Virus record (IMG/VR): IMGVR_UViG_3300038620_000126
Span: 1-64,000 of that record
From: a virus
Direction: 5' to 3' (one strand)
Length of the DNA: 64,000 nucleotides
Part shown: positions 20,796 to 30,788 of the stretch, in pieces
Numbering within the stretch: the first letter of the stretch is position 1
How the letters are laid out: the number at the start of each line of letters is the position of its first letter
Notes under the pieces: model-generated
Seen by the model: only the letters and a program-made list of their open reading frames with translations
Databases searched by the model: none
What the model was told of the DNA's origin: nothing
Program-made: the position numbers and the translations under genes

Positions 20796-21126
20796 AAAAA
20801 TATACTATGATTCAGATAGTAAACATAAAACTGTGAATCACATATCTCACTTTAAAATGCCTCCAATCGTAACTGAAGATTATTATGACAATGTTTTAAT
20901 TAAACCTACGATGCTTGTATACCATGATAGTTATATTTTTGGTGCAAGTTTTCTTATTTTCACTATAGATGGATTTGTTTCCCATAACTTATTTGGTCCA
21001 TCTTTCATATTTTTTAAGGTATCACTACCATATGAATATGAATTTGGTTATTATGGAACATCGGTTTCTTATGAAGAATTAAAAAACATAAAATTAAAAA
21101 ATCGAATTAAAGAAAGAAATCACTAA
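20773..21126 (+). CDS. Array paralog 4
   Basis: ORF track; paralogy. Confidence 0.8.
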   Translation: MINIKKRKKIYYDSDSKHKTVNHISHFKMPPIVTEDYYDNVLIKPTMLVYHDSYIFGASFLIFTIDGFVSHNLFGPSFIFFKVSLPYEYEFGYYGTSVSYEELKNIKLKNRIKERNH

Positions 21127-21149
21127 ATAAATACTAAAAAAATTATTAA

Positions 21150-21578
21150 GTGGTTCGAAATTTTTTAATATGGATTATTAAAACTTTAATAGTTTTAGTA
21201 AATTCATTAAACTATTGTATTAATAAAAAAGATAAAAAACTGTGGGATTCTATACCTGTATCTGACTGGTTAGTGCATACTGAAGGGGGGTATGTAAAGC
21301 TTAATGAAGTCCACTTAACAAGACCCTATAAAATACATACAATTCGAACGAAAGATTATAGTTTAAGTTGTGCAGATAATCATTTAGTTTATAATGGTAA
21401 TAAATTATTTAATGTTAGTGATTTGGTTGTGGGTTCAGATGTTTCAACTTTTAATGGAATTCAAAATATTGTAGATATTGAAAAGAGCTTGTTTTATTCA
21501 AATATGTTTGATATAAGTGTTGAATCTACAAGTTACAAACCACACTCATATTATTCGTCTGGGATTTTAAGTCATAAT
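21150..21578 (+). mobile_element. Split intein C-fragment (143 aa; atypical split, lacks block A)
   Basis: Block B CADNH, block F MFDISV, block G ILSHN followed by Thr+1; no N-terminal Cys1 block and no endonuclease. Confidence 0.85.
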
Positions 21579-23057
21579 ACCGTTACTAGTGCTATATATT
21601 TTGCATGGTATAGTATATTCAATTCTGATAAAGTTTTAATGCTTTTGGCTAATAAAGAACGCACGGCTAAAGAGCTAATTTCCAAAACTTCAACTGTTTT
21701 AGAAAATTTACCATTTTTTCTTAAACCCGGAATTATTGAAAAAAACAAAAAGCAGTTAATTTTAGATACAAATTCTAAAATAACATCTGAAACCACAACT
21801 GAAAATTCAGCTAGAGGTGATACTGTACACGTTTTGTATATGGATGAATTTGCATTCGTTCCCGATAACATTGCCAGAAACTTTTATACATCTGCTTATG
21901 CTACCATGTCTTCAAGTGAAATAGCGCAAATTATAATTACATCAACACCAAATGGTAAAAACACCTTTTATGATATATACTCAAATGCTATAAACGGTAA
22001 AAATGTTTTTAAGCCAATACGTGTTGACTGGTGGCAAGATGATAAAAAAGATGACAACTGGTTTTGGGATACCCTTGCTAACTTTAATTATGATTATGAT
22101 AGATTCAACCAAGAATATGGAAACCAGTTTGTATCTGGTAATAAAGTTTTGTTAGAAACGAAAACTTTAAAGCGAATGCAAAAGATGAAATCCAGTTATG
22201 TTTTTAAGCAAATAGATGCGCTAGATGATCTTGGAACCCAAACAACAGCTTTTGATTACTCTGACTTAGTCTGGCATCCTAAATTTAATATAGAAGAACT
22301 TACAAACCCTGATAGTTATTTTGTTTTTTCTGTTGACTTGTCAAGTTCATTAAATCAAGATTATAATGTTGTTAATATATTTAAGGTTATACCTTTTACA
22401 AAAAGTAAAATAAATTCAATCTTAAATTTTTCGGGAGAGCAGGATTTTTTTGGGTTGCTACAAGTTGGAATGCTTCGTTCTAATACAATCAGTTTTGATG
22501 ATTTAACATCTATTGTTTATATTCTTTCAACAAAGTTAATAAATGATGATAATGTAAAAATTGTTGTTGAAATGAATCACAGAGGAGATGAATTTATTTA
22601 TAGATTAGATACAATTTTCGGTGATTGGAATGACTTTGGTTTACATAAAATTGCTAACTTTAAACACACTAAAGATGCAAAACGTGAAAAACCGGGTATA
22701 AAGGTAACAAGCACTAATAAAGCTCTTATATGTAAAAAGGGTAAAGAAAGTATAGATAACAACAGAATATTAGTAACTGAAACCATGAGTTTTGAAGAGA
22801 TTTCTAATTTTGGTAAAAATGAAAGTGGAACTAAATTTGAAAGCAGTGTAGGAACTATGGATATAGCTATGACGGTAATGAATGTTGCCAATATTTTTGA
22901 AACAAGTGATTGGCAGGTTCTTACTGGTGAATTGTTTGAAAAAATGGATAGTGAATTTGTTAACTTAGTAAATGAAAAAATGGGGGATACAAGCGAGTAT
23001 CAAAGTAATGAAGATTTGTTTAATATAAATCTAACCACAAATAACAGAATAAATTAA
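21150..23057 (+). CDS. terL: Terminase large subunit (gp17-like), C-terminal part, fused to the C-half of a split intein
   Basis: ARG coupling region, Walker B VLYMDEFAF, motif III TSTPNG, FNQEY, nuclease SVD...DY and D.AM. The RQxGK Walker A is absent; the extein starts TVTSAI. Confidence 0.9.
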   Translation: MVRNFLIWIIKTLIVLVNSLNYCINKKDKKLWDSIPVSDWLVHTEGGYVKLNEVHLTRPYKIHTIRTKDYSLSCADNHLVYNGNKLFNVSDLVVGSDVSTFNGIQNIVDIEKSLFYSNMFDISVESTSYKPHSYYSSGILSHNTVTSAIYFAWYSIFNSDKVLMLLANKERTAKELISKTSTVLENLPFFLKPGIIEKNKKQLILDTNSKITSETTTENSARGDTVHVLYMDEFAFVPDNIARNFYTSAYATMSSSEIAQIIITSTPNGKNTFYDIYSNAINGKNVFKPIRVDWWQDDKKDDNWFWDTLANFNYDYDRFNQEYGNQFVSGNKVLLETKTLKRMQKMKSSYVFKQIDALDDLGTQTTAFDYSDLVWHPKFNIEELTNPDSYFVFSVDLSSSLNQDYNVVNIFKVIPFTKSKINSILNFSGEQDFFGLLQVGMLRSNTISFDDLTSIVYILSTKLINDDNVKIVVEMNHRGDEFIYRLDTIFGDWNDFGLHKIANFKHTKDAKREKPGIKVTSTNKALICKKGKESIDNNRILVTETMSFEEISNFGKNESGTKFESSVGTMDIAMTVMNVANIFETSDWQVLTGELFEKMDSEFVNLVNEKMGDTSEYQSNEDLFNINLTTNNRIN

Positions 23058-23070
23058 ATAAAATAAACAA

Positions 23071-23619
23071 ATGCAATCGAATTTTAAATTACCAGCATTT
23101 CTAATTAATTACGATCTTAATCCATTAAATTGGATTAGAAAATTTTTTATAGACGTAAATACGTTTCTTTTTATAAAGAAAACGATAAGAGAAAACAAAG
23201 ATACACCCGAATGGGCTAGCTATAAATTAGTTTATAATGAGTTTGGTGTTATCGGTATGGTAGTTAATATACCTCAAGAAGTACAACTTCGTGCAGAAAG
23301 AGAAAATACTAGAATGTATGGTAAAAATGAAACATGGCCTAACATAAAGGAAGAATACTACAGGTATATTGTTGAAGAAATATCTCCACTTGTTCATGAT
23401 TACTTTGTACGAATCGATTTACACTCGGTTTTAGAGTTTGAAGTGAGGAAAATTGAAGAACAGGGTGCATGTTCTTATCTGGTACTATTCATGCCCAATT
23501 ACCTTATACTTAGGTGGAAAAACATTTTTAGATTATTTGGGTTTTCGGCTATTCTTTATTATCTTGAAGTTAGATTTGGCTTTTTAACATCTATCTGGAA
23601 TTTTCTTTACTGGAACTGA
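23071..23619 (+). CDS. Hypothetical protein with hydrophobic C-terminus
   Basis: 182 aa, directly downstream of terL. Confidence 0.65.
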   Translation: MQSNFKLPAFLINYDLNPLNWIRKFFIDVNTFLFIKKTIRENKDTPEWASYKLVYNEFGVIGMVVNIPQEVQLRAERENTRMYGKNETWPNIKEEYYRYIVEEISPLVHDYFVRIDLHSVLEFEVRKIEEQGACSYLVLFMPNYLILRWKNIFRLFGFSAILYYLEVRFGFLTSIWNFLYWN

Positions 23620-23691
23620 TTTTGGTGCTAGAATAGTTATAGGTCTAGTTAAAGGAAGTGTAACCAACTACATGTTTTCCAGTCAAATTCT

Positions 23692-23720
23692 TTGCATTTT
23701 CGGTTAGTTTTTATTATATT
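23692..23720 (+). promoter_or_regulatory. Early promoter TTGCAT-N17-TATATT
   Basis: Same architecture as the other early promoters. Confidence 0.6.
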
Positions 23721-23756
23721 GAAGTCAGATTTGAATAACATAAACTTATTTCAACT

Positions 23757-24242
23757 ATGGGAGAATTTTTGAATGTTGATCGGTATATTCATGAAGCTTT
23801 TGGATCTGAAAGCGATCCTGAATGGGGTTTAGAGCTTCACGATGAAACTTTGGCTTCGCTTAAAAAGTTTGGCGTTATTAAGGATTATAGAGATGAGATA
23901 GATATTTTTGATCACTCTCTTATCGAAGCTTCTCAACGTCTTCCTAATAATCTACTACTTTCTCTTAATCATGAAAGTATCGGCTTGTATGAAAATGATG
24001 GAAAAAATGTTAGCTTAGATACTTTGTTCGGAGAAAAAGACTGGGCGTATTTTAATTTTAGTGATGTTGCATCACTTGATTTGGGATCAGCTAAAGGTTT
24101 GTATTGTCGCCATAAAGATGATTCACCGTATAAAGATCTAATCATTGTAGAGGGAAAAACAGTAAAAAGTTGGCCCGGAGGCGCAGCAGCTAAATTCCAT
24201 ATTTACGATGCAGAAGACTTGGTGCGCTATATAAACACGTAG
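23757..24242 (+). CDS. Hypothetical early protein
   Basis: 161 aa after an early promoter. Confidence 0.65.
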   Translation: MGEFLNVDRYIHEAFGSESDPEWGLELHDETLASLKKFGVIKDYRDEIDIFDHSLIEASQRLPNNLLLSLNHESIGLYENDGKNVSLDTLFGEKDWAYFNFSDVASLDLGSAKGLYCRHKDDSPYKDLIIVEGKTVKSWPGGAAAKFHIYDAEDLVRYINT

Positions 24243-24274
24243 TTTAATTTGTATTAACTTAACTTGATTGGATT

Positions 24275-24448
24275 ATGATTGTTGCAGCTATAATAACTAC
24301 ACTAGCTTTAATTTACCTTGTTAAAACTGCTTTTAATATTTACAAAGAAGGCGGTTATGAAAAACTATTGGTATATGACACGTTAGTTTTTGCCATTATT
24401 TGTGTATTTGTATGTAATACTTTTCTGATTTTGACACTTATTTTTTAG
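24275..24448 (+). CDS. 57-aa two-TM membrane protein (below ORF-track cutoff)
   Basis: Manual translation: MIVAAIITTLALIYLVKTAFNIYKEGGYEKLLVYDTLVFAIICVFVCNTFLILTLIF*. Confidence 0.6.
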   Translation: MIVAAIITTLALIYLVKTAFNIYKEGGYEKLLVYDTLVFAIICVFVCNTFLILTLIF

Positions 24449-24475
24449 TAACAAACCTTTGTCTAATGTTAATTT

Positions 24476-24510
24476 AAAACGGAGTGATTTTTTATTCACT
24501 CCGTTTTTTT
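24476..24510. terminator. Bidirectional intrinsic terminator
   Basis: AAAACGGAGTGA/TCACTCCGTTTT between convergent genes. Confidence 0.85.
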
Positions 24511-24529
24511 ATGTGAGTTTATGAATGGT

Positions 24530-25636
24530 TCACTTTATCCAACCTAAGTTTTCTATAATTTCAAAACTTGTTATAATGTAAGCTGCATAACTCAGAAAAC
24601 TAACTATAAAAGTATATCCCGGTATTATAAGTTCCATCAATGGTATTATAATAGCTTTCTTAAGCGCTTTTTTTGTACCCATTTCAGCAATATAACTTAC
24701 AATCTTAGGAAAATAGTGGAATTTAAAGGGACCTGGACCATCTAGTTTATTTGCTATAAATTCTGATGCTTTATTCATTCCTTTTTCAAGGTTTTTTCCA
24801 TAAAAATTTGCAAGATCAGCAAGCCAACTAAAAGGAGGAACTTTTGCAGATATATCATGAACAACTTTTCCTATCCAACTGTGGCTTCCACCGCCCTCTT
24901 TAATAAGTTGTTCCTTGTCAGATTTAATTTCAGTAACTAGTTCATTCCAGTTTCCTTCATTAATAATATGTATAAATTTTTCTTTTAGGCTTTTGTTAAG
25001 AGATTCATTACTTTTATTTTCTTTTTCATCTTCAAAAGCATCTTTTAATCCTGGTTCAATTTTATTCTTAAACGTTTTATCTATATCTCCTTTAAATTTT
25101 TTACCTACATGAAATACTTCATCTTTTGCGTTTTTTACTTCTTCTACTATTATTTTTCTTTTTTCTTTCATATCTTCATCACCTACGCTTTCTATCTTTT
25201 CTTTAACTTTTTTGGTTGCATTTTTAATATTAACACCTGCGATTTTTAACATAGTTTTCCTATCAAATGAAAATAGTTTTTTTAGTTCATCAAATTGTTC
25301 TTTAATAAAGTTTTTAAACTTTTTAAAACTTTCTGCTGCCTTTTTAAGTTTATTAGCAACTGAATCTTTAATGTCTTTAAATTCTTTACTTTGAAGAAGT
25401 TTATCTAAACTTTTTTGAACAACGTTTTCTGTAAGGGTATCATCAATCATTATCCCATCCAACTTACGATACACTTTTTTACTGGATCGATTTAATTTTT
25501 CAACAAAGTGAATTTCTTTGTTTGTTAATTCACCCGAATTTAATACAAAACTTTCTGATAGGTATTGAATGTTTCTTGTGTATTTACTTAAGTTTTGTTT
25601 TTCACTTATAAATTCATCAAATGTTTTAAGTTGCAT
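24530..25636 (-). CDS. Putative capsid-internal protein (CTS-like LKTFDEFISE) with hydrophobic C-terminal helices
   Basis: N-terminal motif, Lys-rich coiled coil, TM-like tail; late motif at 25651. Confidence 0.65.
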   Translation of the reverse strand: MQLKTFDEFISEKQNLSKYTRNIQYLSESFVLNSGELTNKEIHFVEKLNRSSKKVYRKLDGIMIDDTLTENVVQKSLDKLLQSKEFKDIKDSVANKLKKAAESFKKFKNFIKEQFDELKKLFSFDRKTMLKIAGVNIKNATKKVKEKIESVGDEDMKEKRKIIVEEVKNAKDEVFHVGKKFKGDIDKTFKNKIEPGLKDAFEDEKENKSNESLNKSLKEKFIHIINEGNWNELVTEIKSDKEQLIKEGGGSHSWIGKVVHDISAKVPPFSWLADLANFYGKNLEKGMNKASEFIANKLDGPGPFKFHYFPKIVSYIAEMGTKKALKKAIIIPLMELIIPGYTFIVSFLSYAAYIITSFEIIENLGWIK

Positions 25637-25710
25637 TTTTTACTTTTTTTTATTTATTTATTTTATTTAAAATATAGATTGAATAAATAACAAAAAGAGG
25701 TAAAAAATAT

Positions 25711-28700
25711 ATGCCAGCTTCAAATTCTTTTTCAGACATGCTAACGCAATTGTCTAGAAACCAAAAAAACGTTTTAGAAATACTAAGGTCTTTATCAAAG
25801 ATAGTTCGTTCAGATAAAGAAAATGTTGAAATTAACGTTGAAATAGATGATGGCTCTGTACAAACTTTTAAGGTTCCATCTACTGGGTTTTTGTTAGATA
25901 GAATACAAAGAGCTGAAAAATCAATTGAAAACTTAAGTGGATTAAATCAACGTGAAAGTAACATTAGGCTTCCAGATGGTTCTTTTCGTAAAGTTATTGT
26001 CTCTAGACCACCATCCAGTCCAAGCAAACTAACCAACTTAGAAACCCCATCAAGATTTAACATTCAAAACAACTGGTTTTTTGAACAATTTCTAAATCCG
26101 CAGATATTTGTAAGTTTTGATGGTGGAAATCAAATTCCTGTAGAAGCTACTCAAATAGCCTATAAAAGGTTTATTCTTCAACTCAATACTGATCAGAAAC
26201 AACAATTTTATGACAATAATATTGATGGGCGAAATGATATAAGTTATAATCAATTTTTAATAAATTTACAAAACAACGGAATTCAGTATTTTGTAGATGA
26301 AGATACAATAGACTTACCATTAAATATTCTTACTTATAAAGGAAACTTTGGTCTTGTTAGTAGTTTTACAGAAAAAGTAACTGAAATAGTTGATGGAGAA
26401 GAACAGACTGTAACGCGTAGAAAGTACAAGCTTTCAACATTAGAGTATCAAAATAACATAACTGGTGAATTTTTAAATCTTAAAGTGAATGATTCACTTT
26501 TACTTAACAAAGATAAAGCAACCAGATTTCAAATTAAAAATATTGAACCCGATAGGAATGTAGTTGAACTAAAAAGACTTGAAGGTTTTGAAACACCTAG
26601 CATTGGGGCAAATACTTTCTCAATATCGTCTTCAATATATTCAAATCAAAAAATTCAAATTCCAATAGGCTTTGACGAGTACAATGTTGTATTCATGAAG
26701 CCCGTTAGTCCCAACTTTCAAATTGCTGCAAATGAATGGTCTGATGGGGTTGCTTTTTATAGTAATGACTTAGTCATTAAAGATGGAAATGTAGATAAAA
26801 ACTTTGAAACATTTTATAAAGAAAATGTTTTAGATTTTGGAAAACAAATAATGGATTTTGCGGAAAACCAGACTATTCCATCGAGTGAATCTGTTTTGCC
26901 TGATCCTCCATCAATAAGTCAAGATAATTTTCGGGTTGTATCTGTTAATGACCATAAAGAAAATTCTGGCAACCAGCAAGAAATCGAACGAAAGTTCAGG
27001 CGAAAAAACCAACTAAAGTCTGAAATAGAAGAATTAGAACAAGCAATTGATAAACAAAAAAATAAAATAGCTACTAAAAATTATAACAGTTCATCAGAAA
27101 GACAAAAAGATGTATCCAGAAAAAATGAACTTATTAGTGAAAAAAATTCAAAAACTAATCTTTTTAATTCCTTAGTTACAGAACTTGCAAGTTTTTATAG
27201 AGAAGATGGTGAAGTGCTTAAAAAGAAATATAGAATTAGAGGATTTTGGGAGATACCTGAACCGAAAGAAACAAAAAGCACTAAACCACAAGAGATAGTT
27301 CAGTTTCAATACAGATATAGATATTTAGGACAGGATGGAAATTCTTCTGGTGCACAGGAGTTTAAGTTTCAAGATCAAAGTGGGGTTGAAAAGCAGGGTT
27401 CGTTTTCCAACTGGATTGAAGTTAAAACTCCGTTTAGGGAAAGAATAGTAGATCCCGATACTGGTGAAAAAGTTTGGAAAACTCAAAATGAAAATGATTC
27501 TGATGAAAATAACATAAATCAGTTAGATATTCCAATAACACAAAATGAACAAGTTGAAATTCAAATAAGGTCAATAAGTGAAGCTGGTTATCCACAAGAC
27601 CCAGCTAAATCCGAATATACTGAAAGTGTTATTGTAGAATTTCCAGAAGAACTGCAACAACAAAATCAAGATTCCATAAGAGATCAAGTTCTATCTGAAG
27701 AGTCAAAAGTTCAATTTTCACAAGAATTAAATGCTCGTGGAATCGATCAACACTTAGAAGATCAAACTGTTCAAAATGAACAATTGATTGTTCATAAAGC
27801 GGATACAATAGATTCCCTCTTTAAAAGAACAGATGGAAGTATAATTAATTTGTTTGATAAATTGAAACAAATGGAGGAAGAAATTACATCACTTCAAAAT
27901 TCGCTTGGTAATGTTATAGGGTCTATTGAAGTAAGCATAGTAGATAATGATAATAACGAATTTAGTGTTCAAAATAATTCACTGGTTAAAATATTTTCTG
28001 GTTATTATAAAGATATTGTGAATACTTTTTCAATTAAGAAGGGGGCTATTGTAACTAGAGTTTATAATATTGTTATAAAAAATGTTTCAGCAACGCCTAT
28101 TGAACTTCTTAGTTACTTTGCGGGTAATAGAGAAACTAAAGTTCCTAATTATGATGCAAATAAAGTTCAACAAGGTGAACAACCAACTGATTATAGGCTT
28201 AGACAGTATGGAAAAACACCAATTGGTTTAACAGGATTAGAACAAGCTAATGTATTAAATGAAAATAACATTGATAAATCTACTTCTCTTGATAGTTCTG
28301 AAAAGTTATATAAAAATATAACACCTTTTCAGTCTGCTCAAAGTAAAGGACAATTTATTTATTCCCGATTTAATGATGTGGGCCTTACTGAAAATCTTTA
28401 TATAAAAGATTCAACAAACATTAATAATAATGGATTTTTAGTTCCAGACTTTACTGGTTCACAAAATACAGCCGGTTATATATGGGATGGAACTTTTGAT
28501 TCAAACACAAACCTACCTAACGGAAATGGAAACAAAACCGATTTTTGTGTTCATGTAGACCACCCAGAATTACAACAATCTAATCCAGCCACTGGTGAAC
28601 CAAAAGGTAAAATTCTTAATATTTTTCAAAGTTCACCTAGTAACTATGAAAAAGAATTTAGTTTTATTCCACCTGAATATATTAACACCAATGATGTTAT

Positions 28701-29229
28701 ACAATATCCAATTATTTGCCATTCACAATTTTTCAATATACCATCGGATGAAGCAAATGGAAAAAAACAATTAGCATATTTTTCAAGAGATAATAGTAAC
28801 AATTATTATAACACTTCAACTGGAGAAATTGATTCTAGTAATATTGCAAATGATGATCTAAAAGCCATGCCTAGGAAGTTAGGTTTTTATGAAAGTGATC
28901 AGTATCTTATAGGTTCAAATACTTGTGGATCATACTTATTTTTGGCTCCAGCCCAAATGACTAATATTCAAGTAAATAAAGATAACTTTCTTGGTGTTAA
29001 AGAAGTTGAAACCGGGGATAGCGCTGCGGTTAATATACCTATTGTATTTCAGGCCAGATTAACAGATTACGATGGTTCTAGCAATACTGGTTTTGGAAGG
29101 ATAGGTGGAAAAGACGGTTTAACCAATGTAACTTATTCTAAAAAGATTGGAATTGATATTCAGCTTAGAAATAATGAACTCTTTTCGTTTGACTTTGAAA
29201 CTTCTATGACTTATAAGCGCGAATCATAA
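25711..29229 (+). CDS. Large putative structural protein with coiled coils
   Basis: 1172 aa; AATAAATA at 25682. Confidence 0.65.
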   Translation: MPASNSFSDMLTQLSRNQKNVLEILRSLSKIVRSDKENVEINVEIDDGSVQTFKVPSTGFLLDRIQRAEKSIENLSGLNQRESNIRLPDGSFRKVIVSRPPSSPSKLTNLETPSRFNIQNNWFFEQFLNPQIFVSFDGGNQIPVEATQIAYKRFILQLNTDQKQQFYDNNIDGRNDISYNQFLINLQNNGIQYFVDEDTIDLPLNILTYKGNFGLVSSFTEKVTEIVDGEEQTVTRRKYKLSTLEYQNNITGEFLNLKVNDSLLLNKDKATRFQIKNIEPDRNVVELKRLEGFETPSIGANTFSISSSIYSNQKIQIPIGFDEYNVVFMKPVSPNFQIAANEWSDGVAFYSNDLVIKDGNVDKNFETFYKENVLDFGKQIMDFAENQTIPSSESVLPDPPSISQDNFRVVSVNDHKENSGNQQEIERKFRRKNQLKSEIEELEQAIDKQKNKIATKNYNSSSERQKDVSRKNELISEKNSKTNLFNSLVTELASFYREDGEVLKKKYRIRGFWEIPEPKETKSTKPQEIVQFQYRYRYLGQDGNSSGAQEFKFQDQSGVEKQGSFSNWIEVKTPFRERIVDPDTGEKVWKTQNENDSDENNINQLDIPITQNEQVEIQIRSISEAGYPQDPAKSEYTESVIVEFPEELQQQNQDSIRDQVLSEESKVQFSQELNARGIDQHLEDQTVQNEQLIVHKADTIDSLFKRTDGSIINLFDKLKQMEEEITSLQNSLGNVIGSIEVSIVDNDNNEFSVQNNSLVKIFSGYYKDIVNTFSIKKGAIVTRVYNIVIKNVSATPIELLSYFAGNRETKVPNYDANKVQQGEQPTDYRLRQYGKTPIGLTGLEQANVLNENNIDKSTSLDSSEKLYKNITPFQSAQSKGQFIYSRFNDVGLTENLYIKDSTNINNNGFLVPDFTGSQNTAGYIWDGTFDSNTNLPNGNGNKTDFCVHVDHPELQQSNPATGEPKGKILNIFQSSPSNYEKEFSFIPPEYINTNDVIQYPIICHSQFFNIPSDEANGKKQLAYFSRDNSNNYYNTSTGEIDSSNIANDDLKAMPRKLGFYESDQYLIGSNTCGSYLFLAPAQMTNIQVNKDNFLGVKEVETGDSAAVNIPIVFQARLTDYDGSSNTGFGRIGGKDGLTNVTYSKKIGIDIQLRNNELFSFDFETSMTYKRES

Positions 29230-29261
29230 AAAAAACCTCAACACTTTTAATGTTGAGGTTT
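29228..29261. terminator. Bidirectional terminator
   Basis: AAACCTCAACA/TGTTGAGGTTT. Confidence 0.8.
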
Positions 29262-29288
29262 CAAATACAAACATCAAAACAAACCTAA

Positions 29289-30593
29289 CTAATTGGATTC
29301 TGAATTTGAAGATGAACCCGAAATTGATAAAATAAGGCTTATTAGCTCCCAGTCCTTTGAACTGCATTTCTTTTTGATTTTATCAATTTCTTGTTTTTGT
29401 TGCTTAACGAGTTCCTGTTTAGCTTCATCAAATGATATGTTACTATCATCTGCCCTATCCTGTATATTTTCATCGCTAGAAATTTCAATTGCTTCGGTCA
29501 TTTCGAAGATTAAGTCGTTTATCTTTTCGCTTTTTGCGATGTTATTATACAGGTCTTCCCACATTTTTTGCATATGTTCTTCATATGCATAATCATGCAC
29601 AAAATTGGAAATACTTTTAATGTTTTTCACTGTTAATTTGGATGCAGTTTTGTAATCACATAAGTGTTTACTAAGAACCTGCTCCATTAAGTCAAAAACG
29701 TACCCCTTTTCAATATCCTTGTTTTTGAATTTTTCACCACTTTCGTTGTAGTTTAATACATCTTGAAGTGTGATTTTTTTCAAATTTCCTAGGAAAACTG
29801 AAAATCCGTGATACGCTGATCCTATATAAGACATACCAACGCTATTAACCTCAGATTTTACTGATTTTGGATCATTGGCTTTATCACCTAGTTTGTAGTT
29901 AAGGTAAGCCGAAAGCATTTCCCAACTTCTGGGTGTAGCAAATTGACCAGATGCTTTTTGGGCGTCTTCAATGCTGTATATTTTATCCGAATTTTGATAG
30001 AGATAGTCTCTAATCAATGGATTCACGTTTGCTTTTTCAGCCCAATTAAGCCATTCTTTTGTATTTTCTTCAATCGGGTGGTAAATCAACCTGTTTCTTA
30101 AAGCCGTGTCGAACTCTTCAACGTCTGTGCCGTCTTCTTCGCCTAAGTTACCCGTGGCAACAAAGAAAACATTATCGTTAAATTGAAAAGAACCAGCAAT
30201 CCTACGCTCTAACAATATTTGAAGAGCTGCATTCCTCACTGACAGCGGCGCACGGTTTAACTCCTCAAACACAATAATTGTTGGTTTTTTGTTAGCTTCT
30301 AGTGCCCACGAAGGAACTGCATATGAAAATGTGTAATATGCATTACCATTATCATCATAGTTTACATCAGAATCTGGACGTGGATACAGTCCAACATCGG
30401 TTTCATCCAACATTGATAAGCGTAGGTCTAAATACGCAAAACCTAGCTTATCTGCCAGTTGTTTAACGATTTGGGTTTTACCCACACCTGGTTTTCCGTG
30501 TAAGTAAAGCACGCCCATTTGTGGTGCCATTTTGTACCAAAGCTTTGCTTCAGTATTCGTTAATTTTTCAATGTCCTTTTTTGTTAGATTCAT
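29289..30593 (-). CDS. MoxR/dynein-related AAA+ ATPase
   Basis: GKPGVGKT, IVFEELNRA, ATGN, ALRNR and TPRSW motifs. Confidence 0.9.
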   Translation of the reverse strand: MNLTKKDIEKLTNTEAKLWYKMAPQMGVLYLHGKPGVGKTQIVKQLADKLGFAYLDLRLSMLDETDVGLYPRPDSDVNYDDNGNAYYTFSYAVPSWALEANKKPTIIVFEELNRAPLSVRNAALQILLERRIAGSFQFNDNVFFVATGNLGEEDGTDVEEFDTALRNRLIYHPIEENTKEWLNWAEKANVNPLIRDYLYQNSDKIYSIEDAQKASGQFATPRSWEMLSAYLNYKLGDKANDPKSVKSEVNSVGMSYIGSAYHGFSVFLGNLKKITLQDVLNYNESGEKFKNKDIEKGYVFDLMEQVLSKHLCDYKTASKLTVKNIKSISNFVHDYAYEEHMQKMWEDLYNNIAKSEKINDLIFEMTEAIEISSDENIQDRADDSNISFDEAKQELVKQQKQEIDKIKKKCSSKDWELISLILSISGSSSNSESN

Positions 30594-30634
30594 ACTATAA
30601 CTGTTTTGACGGTTTTAAATTAAAAACTACTTTG

Positions 30635-30743
30635 CAAATATATATAGAAGCTAACTACAAGTCAAGTCTCAAAAAGAATTTTTTTATTCTGAACAAAAAA
30701 TTTGCTTTTGGTTTGTATTTGGCAAATTTTTGTCTTAGTTTAG
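30635..30743. promoter_or_regulatory. Back-to-back early promoters
   Basis: Minus strand: TTGACT(30665-60)-N17-TATATTTG(30642-35). Plus strand: TTGTAT(30713)-N17-TAGTTTAG(30736). Confidence 0.65.
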
Positions 30744-30788
30744 CGTTTGAAATTGTAAATTATTCTTAAACCTAAAATAGTTGTATTT

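Larger units (their letters stand above)
19689..21126 (+). repeat. Tandem array of four paralogous genes (about 355-375 bp units)
   Basis: Near-identical DNA blocks; each start is preceded by AAAAGTAGTT (AAAAGTAATT in copy 3). Confidence 0.9.

Noticed and set aside
19689-21126. DGR template/variable repeats or a CRISPR array
   Set aside because: Differences are not adenine-restricted, all units are coding genes of about 360 bp, and there is no reverse transcriptase or cas gene in the window.
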